Notes: generated from the sequence alone by a model not told the origin. DNA of 64,000 bases from Antedon mediterranea (GCF_964355755.1 NC_092673.1:25603648-25667647); one strand, 5' to 3'. Positions 51,984 to 63,770 are shown, counted from the first letter of the stretch. Program-made: numbers and translations.

Positions 51984-54950
51984 TTAAATATTTCTATTGT
52001 TATAATATTGCTTTAATCTCTGTTTAAACAAACTTAAAGTGGGGGATTGTTTTATATAGTCTGTTAAATTGTTCCAAATATGTGTTCCTTGGTAGGAAAT
52101 ACATTGCTGTCCGACTTTGGTGCGTTTTAGTTGTGGACAGTAGTTTGACCTGTTTCTAGTTGAGTAATTATGGAATGAGGCAGATGTACTAAATAAGTTA
52201 TTAAATGATTCAGGTAATAGATTATGTTTATATTGATACATAAATATAGCAGTGTGTTTTGTATAAAGGTCAAAAATATTTAATGTTTGGGTTGAAATAA
52301 AAAGTGGATGAGAAGGATGCATAAAATGAACATGACAAATATTTCTAAGTGCTTTTTTCTGGAGAATATGTATACGGTTTAAGTTTGTAGCAGAAGTAGC
52401 ACCCCATACTGTGATAGCATACGTTATTCTAGGTAATATAAGTGCATTGTATACCGTTAACAAGATTTTACTTGATAACATAGACTTCACTTTGTTTAAG
52501 ACACCAATTATTCTAGAAATACTGTTTGCTACCTCATTTACATGAAAATTAAACGATAAAGTTTCATCCAGAAATAAGCCTAGAAATTTAACTTCAGTAG
52601 CTTTTACTATACATTCATTTCCCATCCTCAATTCTAGTGAGGTAGTGTCAGCTGACTTATTTCTAGCCTTAAATATAACATATTTTGATTTGTTTACATT
52701 TAGCGTTAATTTGTTAGCAATAAACCAGTCCGAAAGTATAGATAACTCCTGGTTCATTGTATCAAAAGCTTGAGTAATATCATTGTGACTATAAAACACA
52801 TTTGTGTCATCTGCATACATAATCATGTCTACATGGTTACATGCTAGACTAATATCATTAATGAATATAAGAAATAATAATGGACCCAATATGGATCCCT
52901 GAGGAACTCCAGTGTTTACTCTCATTTTACTAGATGCAGTATTAACAATAAATGTGTATTGTAGTCTTTTTTTAAGATAGTTTGAGAACCAGTTTAGCGG
53001 AACTCCTCTTATACCATAAAATCTTAACTTATCTAATAATATATCATGATCGATTGTATCAAACGCTTTTGATAAATCAAGGAAAACTCCTAGTGTGAAC
53101 TCTTTATTCTCAATAGCGTTTGTGATTTTTTCAATCGATTGTATTAAAGCATGACTAGTTGAATGGTGTTGTCTAAATCCATACTGTGTTTTACTCAGTA
53201 CGTTATATTTTGAGAGGTAACAAATCGTTTGATCATACACAATCCTCTCAAATATTTTGGAAAAAAGGGGTAAAATGGAAATAGGCCGATAATTATTTAT
53301 ATCGGAGATGTCACCATTCTTAAATACCGGGATAACTTTAGCAATTTTTATATCAGCCGGGACACAGCCCGATGATAATGACGTATTAATAATATGCAAT
53401 AAAGGTTTTAAAATAAACGGGGAAGCAGATTTTATGAGTTGGGCACTTATACCATCATGGCCAGGAGAAGTATTCTTTGTGTTTTTAATATAGTGGTTAA
53501 GTTCATGTTCAGTAACAGGCTTAAAAAACATTGAAGAGGTAAAATTTCCCTTTAAGAAAGTTCTGTGGGTGATTTCTTCATTTTGAGATTCATGCCTAAA
53601 TTTATTATTTAGTTTTTCTCCAATATTAATAAAAAAAGAGTTGAATGCATCAGCTTTCTCATCATTATCAGAGAAAGTCTCAGTACCCAATTTTATTTTT
53701 GTAGGCAAATTGGTAGTCTTTTTCCTACCCATTATATCATTTAGGATTGTCCACGTTTTTTTAATATCTTGTTTATTTCGTTCAAACTGGACCATATAAT
53801 ATTCTTTTTTCCGATTTCTAATAGTAGTGGTTAACTTGTTTCTAAAATGTATGTACGTACTTTTATTAGTAGTGGTGTTATTTTGTTTGTACTTTTTATA
53901 TAATTTATGTTTTTGAGAGATAGCTCTGGCAATTTCAGCTGTGATCCAAGGAGATTTTAACTTGTTCGCCTTATTTCTAATTCGTTTTAAAGGGAAACAA
54001 TTATCAATTGTTTTATTTAAAGTGTTTGTAAAATTTTGATAAGCAACATTCGCATTATTTGAGAATAGCACATCATTCCACTGATTACTTTGTAATTCTT
54101 GCAAAAAATACTCCGTTTGTTGAGGAGAGTATTGTCGTTTATATACAAATCGAGGATATTGCTTATTATGTTTTTCCAAAGTATCTACACAGAATATTGG
54201 GAAGTGATCAGAAATATCAGTAATAAGTATTCCACTTTTAAGGGACGTAGTAAAAGAATCGATGTTGCAATAAATGTTATCAATTATTGAAGCACAATTA
54301 TCGGATATTCTAGTAGGACTTTTTATGATTGGCTGAAATGACTGAGAAAATATTGTGTCTAAGTGTGATTGGATAGTGTTGTCGGTAGATTGTTGGAGTA
54401 AGTTTATGTTATAGTCTCCCACAAGGTAAGCTTTCTTTTTTTCTAGATTAATCATTTGCATTACACATGTTAATTCATCATCAAACTTTTGCAAGGAACG
54501 TGAGGGTGGTCTATAAACTATACCACAAATAACATTATTTCCTGATTCTAACTCAATCTCAATAAAAATAGTCTCTGCTTCAGTCATACAAGATGACAGA
54601 TCATTTCTAATAATATATGTTAGTTTGTTGGTAACATAGAACGCTACCCCACCACCTCTCTTATCTTTCCTATCATTGTGAATCAAACTGTAGCCTGGTA
54701 ACTGGTATAGATTAATATTATCTTTTTCGGTTAACCAGGTTTCACTGAAGGCAATAACGGAGAAGGCATGTACGAGTGAGTCTAAATAGTTTGAGATTAA
54801 GTCAAACTTATTAACAACACTACGACAGTTTAGTCCAAATATAGAAAAGTTTGATGATAAATTAGAATGTTCAAGTAAAGAAATTAAGTTATCTTCGTTA
54901 AAATATTCTGTGCTCACATTTACATTATCAAAAAGGTCACATTCAAACAT
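51984..54950 (-). CDS. LINE ORF2: APE endonuclease + reverse transcriptase (988 aa)
   Basis: NCRS, SETWL, GGGVAFY, VYRPP, GDYNIN, IDNIY, SDHFPI (APE). NYRPIS, QYGFR, FLDLSKAFD, GVPQGSILGP, YADD, KFLG (RT). No CCHC tail. Confidence 0.95.
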   Translation of the reverse strand: MFECDLFDNVNVSTEYFNEDNLISLLEHSNLSSNFSIFGLNCRSVVNKFDLISNYLDSLVHAFSVIAFSETWLTEKDNINLYQLPGYSLIHNDRKDKRGGGVAFYVTNKLTYIIRNDLSSCMTEAETIFIEIELESGNNVICGIVYRPPSRSLQKFDDELTCVMQMINLEKKKAYLVGDYNINLLQQSTDNTIQSHLDTIFSQSFQPIIKSPTRISDNCASIIDNIYCNIDSFTTSLKSGILITDISDHFPIFCVDTLEKHNKQYPRFVYKRQYSPQQTEYFLQELQSNQWNDVLFSNNANVAYQNFTNTLNKTIDNCFPLKRIRNKANKLKSPWITAEIARAISQKHKLYKKYKQNNTTTNKSTYIHFRNKLTTTIRNRKKEYYMVQFERNKQDIKKTWTILNDIMGRKKTTNLPTKIKLGTETFSDNDEKADAFNSFFINIGEKLNNKFRHESQNEEITHRTFLKGNFTSSMFFKPVTEHELNHYIKNTKNTSPGHDGISAQLIKSASPFILKPLLHIINTSLSSGCVPADIKIAKVIPVFKNGDISDINNYRPISILPLFSKIFERIVYDQTICYLSKYNVLSKTQYGFRQHHSTSHALIQSIEKITNAIENKEFTLGVFLDLSKAFDTIDHDILLDKLRFYGIRGVPLNWFSNYLKKRLQYTFIVNTASSKMRVNTGVPQGSILGPLLFLIFINDISLACNHVDMIMYADDTNVFYSHNDITQAFDTMNQELSILSDWFIANKLTLNVNKSKYVIFKARNKSADTTSLELRMGNECIVKATEVKFLGLFLDETLSFNFHVNEVANSISRIIGVLNKVKSMLSSKILLTVYNALILPRITYAITVWGATSATNLNRIHILQKKALRNICHVHFMHPSHPLFISTQTLNIFDLYTKHTAIFMYQYKHNLLPESFNNLFSTSASFHNYSTRNRSNYCPQLKRTKVGQQCISYQGTHIWNNLTDYIKQSPTLSLFKQRLKQYYNNRNI

Positions 54951-55841
54951 TTAAATTAGACAGAAAAGAAAATGACAAATGAATAAAATTGAGCAAGCTG
55001 CTTACAGCAGAGAATAGTTAACACATAATAGCCTAAGTTAACAAGTATGTACAATAAATTACAATATATACAATGTAATATGAATTGTTTTATCATGACA
55101 TACCAACAACAACTAAACGACAGGCAGTGAAACAATAATGATGATCATGGACGCCAATTAAGTATTTGGTTAACTTAAAAGATTTTGATCAATCTAACTC
55201 ACCGATGTCCAGAATGTATTATTATGGCAAGTTATCGTTACTCACTGTTAAGTCAAACATCGCCGGTAAACAGCTACGTTGAAACGGTCTAGAACATGAT
55301 GTCTCAATAACGGCGCTCACTTATTAATCACATCAGCCACTTAATGTTGTTATAATTTGTCATTATATATCACTAGTAAAGTACGGATAGTATAACTTAA
55401 ATACATTTAGTTGTGTTGTGTTTCATTAAAACGATGTGTTTAACGTTTACGAGTTTGATCAACCCAGTAACTCATCGATGAATAACCGGTAAACAACTAC
55501 GTTGAAACTTACATCGTCAACAGCCACTTAATTGTTGTTGGTATTTCTCATTATGTAACACTATCGTCGCACACCTGCCGTGGGTCACATGAATTAAAGT
55601 TTGAATGGACAGAGATATCCAGAACATAACACTAACAGCCAGGTGCGCGACATAAACAAACAAACTTCGTTTATTTACAATTTATAACGGTAGAAATACT
55701 ACTACAATCACATAATTAGTCTACGTTCTACAAGACAATGATAGACTCTGCGGTAATGTAGGTATGAAATATAATTCATAAACATTAATTAATTGTGTTC
55801 AATTGAACATTAATTAATTTGGCTTAATGACTTAATTATAG

Positions 55842-56663
55842 TTATTTTAGTGGCTTGTATGGCTTACCGTCGATAAACAGTTGTCCATTTCTGAATACGG
55901 GCTTACGTTTTTCGGCATATGCCTGCGCCATAATTGTAGATAATTCTCTCTTTTTCTTCATGTCCGCGTCAGGTAAATCTTCAGTAATAAATACGTTTTG
56001 TGATTTACTTTTTAATTTTACTTTTCCTAGTTTTAGGACTTGGTTTCTTTGTGGACGGTACAGAAATTTAGCTATTATATGCCTCGGTTTGTTATCTAAA
56101 CGGCGTTTCCCGGTGCGATGGCAATTTTCAATTTCGATGTCCTCGAGTCCGAGTTCTTCGCGTAGTACTTTTTGCAATAAGTCCTGGGTGTTTTCTGTAG
56201 CATTTTCTATAACTCCTCCAAACCTTAGATTAAAACTCCTACTGTATCTTTCTTGTTTTAGGATTGAATTTTCCATGTCCGCCATTTTATCCTGATAAGC
56301 CGCCATTTTGTTTTCATACTCCTCCATTTTCTTGATTTCATTTCCAATTTTTTTTATTTCTTCCTTCGTTTTGTTAGTTGAATCATGCGCATATTCCACA
56401 CTTTTTTCTAGATCTTTGACAGTTGTTTCCAGTTTGGTAAGCCTTTTGTTGTAGTTTTTTTGATTTTCTAGGACTTTATCTAGTTTACCATTAAGTTGTT
56501 CTGATAGCCTACCTAGTTGATCGGCGAGCGTTTGAGTTTCCCCCTGTCGGTCGCCGGAGGCTTCGATTGGATCATCTGCTTCTAGACTTTCGGAGGGTCT
56601 AGTTTTTCTTGTTAAGTCAATTGATTTAGTATTTGCCCTAGTAGGCCTATTAGTCGCCATCAT
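55842..56663 (-). CDS. LINE ORF1, L1-type (coiled coil + RRM + CTD), 273 aa
   Basis: Heptad-rich N-half, then ERYSRSFNLRFGGVIE, IENCHRTG, PRHIIAKF, VFITEDL and LFIDG. Confidence 0.9.
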   Translation of the reverse strand: MMATNRPTRANTKSIDLTRKTRPSESLEADDPIEASGDRQGETQTLADQLGRLSEQLNGKLDKVLENQKNYNKRLTKLETTVKDLEKSVEYAHDSTNKTKEEIKKIGNEIKKMEEYENKMAAYQDKMADMENSILKQERYSRSFNLRFGGVIENATENTQDLLQKVLREELGLEDIEIENCHRTGKRRLDNKPRHIIAKFLYRPQRNQVLKLGKVKLKSKSQNVFITEDLPDADMKKKRELSTIMAQAYAEKRKPVFRNGQLFIDGKPYKPLK

Positions 56664-57199
56664 GCAGTCTTCTTTTAGTTAGTGTATACAACTTTTAAAA
56701 ATAGTAGAGTTTGTTGGCTATATATTACCTTTAGTCTGAATTTAAGATCTTTTTCCCTGCGTGTAAAAGTTAGGTGTTGTCTCTACTCGCGCATGCTCAC
56801 TACACATTAACACATAACATTAATGATAATTGGTGAACGCTTTTGATATTGACTATAAATAAACTTGAATGTTATAGAAAAATATCAGAAAATGTCGTTT
56901 AATGTTGAAATATGGAATCTTAGTAGACTTCATTTCTTGAAGTATATTGTTTTAATTTTTTTCCAAGATATTTTGAATTCATAAGGGATAACCGAATTAA
57001 TTTATTTAGCAAAAAGTATAATAAAATTGCTCATAATGTTTTGAAGTGAAGATAAATAAACAACAATTACATTTTAAGCTCTTTCCGATTACGTGATCGA
57101 TGAATAAATAATTTGACCATCTTCGACCAATACTGTATAGTGTTAATTATAAGCTATGACATTTTAATCTTCTCTCTTCAACAACGGAAATGAAAAGAG

Positions 57200-57420
57200 A
57201 GTAATCAAAAAACCATGGAGGTATATACCTCCATGCATAAATCATGGTTTGATAAAGAAGCTGATATCGCAATAAAACGTAGAAAAAATGCTGCATGTAC
57301 ACTAAACATTAAAAGAATAGATAATGCTACTTCAGAATTTTTATGGAATAATTATCTGGAAAAACGTGCCTATACTAAAGCTCTAATTAAACCAAAACAT
57401 TTTTTTAAAAGAGTTTACAA
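57200..57420 (+). mobile_element. Short degraded LINE ORF2 linker fragment
   Basis: KSWFDKEADIAIKRRKNA..LWNNYLEKR resembles the region between APE and RT. Confidence 0.4.
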
Positions 57421-57770
57421 TTCATTAACAATTGCTAATTTTATTTTATTTATTTATTTTATTTCAACAATATTTTACGAGGGTGGTCCATCCAGCCGAA
57501 GGTGATCATTAGGAATGTTATACATACAACGTGATAAGACATAAACATGTAACAATAAAAATTAAAATAAAATAAATATGATTTATAATGAAAAAAAAGT
57601 GGACCAAGATGTAAAACCTTAAAAGGTTCAACACTTAAACAGAAAGTGGTCTGTTGTTTTAAATTACGAAATTATTACGGAAAAAGTTAACATAAATCAA
57701 ACAGTAAACAATAGTGGGAAACGCTGGTAAGAAAAATGCATATGAATATTTCAGCTTGCATCTTACTTTG

Positions 57771-58259
57771 AGATATATTGTCCCTCTGAAAAAATAATTC
57801 TTAATTTTTGTTTTGTGTGTTGGATATGACATTTTATTGTCACATAAAAAACACCAATTATTTACCTGAAAAAACTGTAATTTAAAGCAAAAAATAGTAA
57901 TAATTGGTTGCCAGCCAATGAGTTTTTGGTTGATTTTAACCATTTATTTTGTCATTTTATAAGCGACAACCTTATTTTTTTACGAAAGTGATTAACTTTA
58001 AGCTTGGTTCCCACTAGAACGTAACGCAATAACGTAAACGCAACGCAAGCGTTTCAACCAATGACAAGCGAAGTTATAGACAGTTAGCAATCACAAGCGA
58101 ATAAGCCATCGCTTGTGATTGGTCAATTCACTTGCGTTGCGTTACGTCCTTGTGTTGCGTCGCTAGTGGGAACCACGCTTTATTAAAACTGCAAAATAAC
58201 CTATTCAAAGTCTGATTTACTTAATCCTCATTTCATGTTTTTTGGGGGACAATACATCT
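57771..58259. mobile_element. MITE family B interrupted by a family-A copy
   Basis: AGATATATTGTCCC / GGGACAATACATCT|TTAA ends. The insertion 58001-58179 has a TTA duplication. Confidence 0.85.
58001..58179. mobile_element. MITE family A (179 bp)
   Basis: TIRs with TTA TSD. Confidence 0.9.
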
Positions 58260-58893
58260 TTAACACGTCATATTTATCCATAAGGTGCGTTCTCACCTAA
58301 AATTCCTACTAATACTATTACTGTATAATAATACATATAATAATGAACATTCGGATTCATTTCTGCATAATATTAAATATAGACGTATATACTGTCTCTA
58401 GTGCTCTGTCACATGGCAAAAATAATAAGGCGCCAGGGAAAGATGGAATTACCTCTCGAATGTATGACCGTGCTTCTTAAAGTTCAGTGTACGCTGTCTG
58501 TTTACACTGTGTAATAATTAGATATTAATTTATAACATTAACATTCAATACCGGGCGTATTTCAATTGAAATAGGCCTACTTTGTTTAAAATGCTTCGCT
58601 ATCACTTAATTAAGGTACTAAAAATAATTGCGTGCATTACTGTATTTAAAACAAATCGAAAAATTTAGTATTGAAATGCATAATTGATTACTGTGAAGTA
58701 GAGCTGTGTGTGGTAGCATTCTTCTTAGTTGTAATTGCTAATCAATTAAGTAATTTCGAACTTGGTTATTTCGTACGGTTAATGTTGATGCCTTCATTAC
58801 GCAAGAGAGAATATAGATAAAAGATTTCTTTGCGTTAATTACCGTCATTTTCAATAAATATGTTTTCTACTTCCGATCGAAACTCCTAGCTTT

Positions 58894-59347
58894 AAGGTTT
58901 GCCCCAACTAGGTCGCAACGCAAGGACGTACGCGCAACGCCAGTGACCTGTTCAATTAAGCGTGGTTCCTACTAGAACGCAACGCAACAACGTATCGAAG
59001 TGCTGTATTGCGTAATCACAAGTGGGAATCGACGACGCAACAGTGCTGCAAACATCTCTCGGGTGTGATTTTCATACGTTGCGTAGGTTACGTTGCGTCG
59101 CTAGTGGGAACCAAGCTTTAATCAAGTCATTGTTCAACTCGCTTGTGTTGCGCCGACGGTCTTGAATTGCGTTGCGTCCTAGTTATGCTGGGTTTCCACT
59201 AGAGAAGCAATACAACAAAGTAATGGATTTGACCAATCACAAGCGATGGATTTATTCGGCCGTTGCTTGTCATTGGTCAACACGCTTACGTTGCGTTAAC
59301 TTCCTTGCGTTGCGTCCTAGTGGGAACCAAGCTTAAGAACCAAGCTT
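58894..59347. mobile_element. Cluster of nested and adjacent family-A-related MITEs
   Basis: 58959-59117 (TTA TSD) sits inside an older relative and is followed by another copy ending CTAGTGGGAACCAAGCT with a duplicated terminus. Confidence 0.75.
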
Positions 59348-59424
59348 AAAGTAGGCAACTCCGATGTTGGTTTACATTTTCTTTTTTCAACACACCAAAA
59401 GTTATTACAAAACCACTGATCTTA

Positions 59425-59599
59425 AGAGCCTGTTCGGACGTAACAATTTACACGTGTAATAGTGGCGTGTGGTGTTCATTTTATGACCTTGCTGGGTAAA
59501 AATGTTTAGTTTACACGTGTAACGTAAACGATCACTGATTTACTTCTCAGGGGTATTCCACAATTACTGTGTAACTGATTTTACGTCCGAACACAGCCT
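59425..59599. mobile_element. Small MITE
   Basis: Inverted ends TGTTCGGACGTAA / TTACGTCCGAACA; internal TTTACACGTGTAA occurs twice. Confidence 0.55.
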
Positions 59600-60172
59600 T
59601 AGTCTCTTGTGAATAAAATGCTACTGCTTGACCAGGGAATTCCAGGTCCACTGACTGGATTTGAACCCAAATGCACTGATAACAATTGCTAATCACCAGT
59701 GTCCTTATCAGGCTATCAACAAAAAGGTACCAACAATATGATCAAACGCAGTATGGTGATTTAAATAACATCTTAAATTTGTTATTTAGGAATTTGTTTG
59801 TATATCTGTTAAAAAATACTATAACACGTTGGCGTTTCATATATCAATTTACAGAGCATTAGTATTACAATAACTATAAGTACTTTATTTTTTCCTGCAT
59901 GCGTACTGCAATTTATTATAATTAGGGACATGAAGAATTATCGTTGAAATAACTCGAATGCAGACTAATCGAATGTAAAACTCCAGCACTGTTCGTATAA
60001 TATTATCCGACATTGGCGTGTCATAGTATTTTTTTTTTTCGATCGAAATATAATATCAAAATTAATCAGTCGGAATTGTTTACAACGATTGGACAAAAAT
60101 CATTAATACTTAGACCTTGTTCACGTGAATGCGGTACTAACCGTTATTTTGTATCGTAGAAACCTTTTTGTT

Positions 60173-63100
60173 ATGGCGTCGTATATTTTAACCGTGTTAT
60201 TTTGTACATGTAAGTATAACAATTTGTTAACAGTTTATCAATGTTGTATTTGGTATTATTAAGTCCTTAGATTTAATAAAAAGGAAAATGATGACAGTGT
60301 AGGATGAACCCGACTACTTAATTATCTTAGTATTTTTGAAAATGTTGGTTACTATAGGCCTATATATACTTTTTCAGTTTATGTATCGTTTTAAACAGAA
60401 TTGCAGTCAAACTACATTTTCTTTGTATTTTTACGAAGACAAATACATTTTTGTAGATAGGGTCTAGAGAATACGTTGAAATAAAATTATTATTGTTAAT
60501 AGTTATGAAGTAGGCCTACAGAAACTTATCTATTTGGAACCGCATCCCAAAATTTAATTTAATGATAAAGAATGGATATTAAGTTTGCAGTTCATTGAAG
60601 TTTGCGTTTTATTTTGTTTTATAACCAACCGTTTTAAGGCGTAATTCCGATGATAAAAGCGTCAGTCGTAACAGAGGAGTCAGTCGTAACAGAGGACTCA
60701 GTCGTAAAAGGGGCAAAAGTCGTAACAGAGGGGTCAGTCGTAACAGAGGACTCAGTCGTAACAGGGGGAACAGTCGGAACAGAGGGGTCAATCATAACAG
60801 AGGGGTCAGTCGTAACAGAGGAACCAAACGTGACAGACGTAACAACGGCAAGTACTGTAAGTACCGATGCCTAGTATTTGTAGGAAGATGTAGTTTAATT
60901 TGTGTAAAGCTTGGTTCCCAGTTAAGAGGTAACGTAACGCAACCTACACAACATAAGCAAATGCCCTTCCAATAATTGTGTTTACCCCCGCCTGCGTGTA
61001 ATCAAACCTTTTTTTGAAGCACTGTTGCGTCGTCGGTTCACACTGCGTTGCGTTCTAGTGAGCAGGTACATCTCAAATTATTGCTGTCTCCGCCTGTGAT
61101 CTATAGTATAGGCCTACTCCCGTATACACATGCATTTGGACAAATGAACATAACTTGTAATTGAAATGGTACCGTAAAGCTTGGTTCCCACTAAAACGTA
61201 ACGCAAGGACGTAAACGCAACGCAAGCGTTTTAACCAATGACAAGCGAAGTTATAGACAGTTAGCAATCGCAAGCGAATAAGCCATCGCTTGTGATTGGT
61301 CAATTCACTTGCGTTGCGTTACGTCCTTGTGTTGCGTCGCTAGTGGGAACCACGCTTAAGAGGTTTAGGTTGGATATTTACTGTACGCTTGTAACTGTTA
61401 ATGGAAAGACACATACCATCATGATATTCCTTCGTTCTATAGTTACCAATGTACATGATACTACTAGGTCATGGTATATCACCATAAGAACTATTTTATA
61501 TTTTGTTTATTATTTATTATTGTTGTATTATTTTACTGGTTTACTGCTCTAGGATCCAACTATTACTTTTACAAAAACTCACGGATCCCAATATATTGAC
61601 GAACTTTACGTCGGTGGTGTTCTTCGAGGTAAAGTTAAGGTTACATTTCCCGCTGGACACACAAGTTCTTCGTTTAACTTGTATATATTTGCTTCAACTG
61701 AAGAGGGGATACAATTCGGAGCAGTTACTTCACCTGTCCTAACAACCAAGAGTATTGGAATTACAAGCAGTCATCACGGCGTTAGCGACGTAAGTATTCT
61801 TTTTTTAATTTATTGTGTTTGTATTTTAAAGCGTGGTTCCCAATAGAACGCAACGTAACGCAATCTACGCAACTTAAGAAAATGCCCTTCCAATAATTGT
61901 GTTTACTCCTGTGCCTCCTACGTGAAATCAAACCTGCGATGTTTGCAGCACTGTTGTCGTCGTCGTTCCCACTTGTGATTACAGCTTGGTCTCACTCTAG
62001 CGACGCAACGTAACGCAATCTACGCAACGTAAGAAAATGCCCTTCCACTCATTGGGTTTTCCCCCGCCTGCGTGAAAGCAAACCTACGATGTTTGCAGCA
62101 GGGTGTCACAAAACCTAAGATCACGAAAGCTAAGACCCCTTAGACCTAAGATCACGAGACCTAAGACCTAAGATTACCAATAGTTCTCTTTCGCACCTGC
62201 CTTGTATTTTAACTCTAAATTTGTTGACCAACTTTCTCCTGAATACCACACCTTAGAATTAGCTTGAATGAAAAAGAATCAATAAAATAACAATAAATTC
62301 TTTAAATAAATGGATGATTTTACAGACTGTTTTGTTATCGGTTCCCAGTTTAATACGCCTAAATTTAGTATTTTGTGGTATTATTGTGTAGTAGGAGAGA
62401 TATTTGTTTATAATGTATAGGACAAAATCTAATTTATATTTTCATTATTATATATTAATTTTGTATTTAATTGTACTTTAAGGCAGGGCGCTGCAAAACC
62501 ATGGCCATAGCATTGCGCAGGTTCAAGCATCTGTCGGATAAGGACTGTATACTGGAGGTCCGGTGTAAATCTAGTTTGCATGCCGTCCGGTGTACTGGTC
62601 TATAATTAGTCCTTATCGTCGTGGGTAGTCGAATGAGCGCCACCGCTTAAACACGAAGGGAGTCTTGGTATAAAGCGCATTACAAATGCATCCATTACAT
62701 TCTTATGCTTCTAATTATCTATCTGTAATTTCAGATGGGTATTTATTCTATGAGTGGATCGTCAGTTAATGTTTATGTAGATTCAAAGATTGTAGTATCG
62801 TTTGCAATGGCTACGGTAGACGATATTTCAGAGCTCAATGACGGCCAAATCTACACTTGGTACGCTTCTTACACGTATAACGGCAATGAAATTAGAGCTT
62901 CTACAACTTTGACTGCAAATTTTTCTGTAATAGTAAGTTATTGTATTATTATAAATAAATTGTAATCGTTTTAAAGGACAACTCGACCGAGGAACATATT
63001 TTTACAATCGCGAGATTAAGGATATCGCGATGCACCTGTGACGTCACAGCAATTTACTGCGACGGCCGGCTGTACGGCGAGCGCGTGCGGCGATATCCTT

Positions 63101-63770
63101 AATCTCGCGATGGTTCTGAAATCATGTACATCCCTAACACGTTGTTAAAATATAGTCCTTGGGCAAGTTGTCCTTTGTAAGTTCTACTTGCCGGTTATCG
63201 AGAGTATGTTTTTGTACTATCCCCAACGTAAAACTGAATTATTAGAAAGCGGTGCCTATATGTCGGCATGATCAAGCGATTTGTGGTATATTTTGAAACA
63301 CCTTAATAGAACGAATCAAGTAACAAACAAAAAACAATAATATTGGTTCACCTTTACCGTTAAAACATTATTAATAGATTTTGGGCTACAAAAAATTCTT
63401 TTCTTTTCAATAAAAATGACAAGTTTCTACAATATATAATTTTCAAAGGTTACTCCAAAGTCGAGTTTGTGTTTGAGCTAACTGTTCTGAAATTGACCGT
63501 TTATTTTTATTTAAATAGATAGATAATGATATTAAACTAGACCTGGAACGTACAGAGGGAGATCAAGTGATGCATCCCGGTGATAAAATGTCTGTTTTGA
63601 TCACCGCCATCTTTCCTCAATATTTTTTCGGAAATATTCGACTAAAAGTGTCAACAGAGTATGAAACTGACCCCGAGATACGAACATTTGGATATTTCAC
63701 ACAAGAACCACAACTACAGGATAAAAGTGGTGCAGATATGCGGGATACACACAGTTATATTGCGTCTACG
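60173..63770 (+). CDS. Uncharacterised secreted/extracellular protein, first 5 coding exons (continues beyond the window)
   Basis: Exons 60173-60209, 60639-60856, 61553-61789, 62735-62932, 63519-63770. GT-AG, phases 1,0,0,0,0, open throughout. Signal-peptide-like MASYILTVLFCTCVIPMIKA. Confidence 0.75.
60662..60823 (+). repeat. 18-bp coding minisatellite, 9 units (SVVTEG-like)
   Basis: TCAGTCGTAACAGAGG.. units inside exon 2. Confidence 0.9.
61178..61356. mobile_element. MITE family A (179 bp)
   Basis: TIRs with TAA TSD. Confidence 0.9.
62100..62330. mobile_element. Truncated left end of the 27461 foldback family
   Basis: GGGTGTCACAAAACCTAAGATCACGAAAGCTAAGACCCC...TTTCGCACCTGCCTTGTATTTTAACTC matches 27462-27700. 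Confidence 0.8.
62975..63174. mobile_element. MITE family C
   Basis: TTAA|AGGACAACT...AGTTGTCCT; same internal palindrome as the 17644 copy. Confidence 0.8.

Larger units (their letters stand above)
51788..56798 (-). mobile_element. Apparently full-length CR1-group (Crack/L2/Daphne-like) LINE, ~5.0 kb
   Basis: Uninterrupted ORF1 and ORF2. 3' AATAAA followed by a (TTGAA)n tail at ~51788-51800. GC-rich 5' end GAGCATGCGCGAG near 56798. No clear TSD. Confidence 0.92.

Noticed and set aside
51770-56830. Target-site duplication for the full-length LINE (ATTAATGAT on both sides)
   Set aside because: The match is not adjacent to the inferred 5' end and is low-complexity AT sequence.
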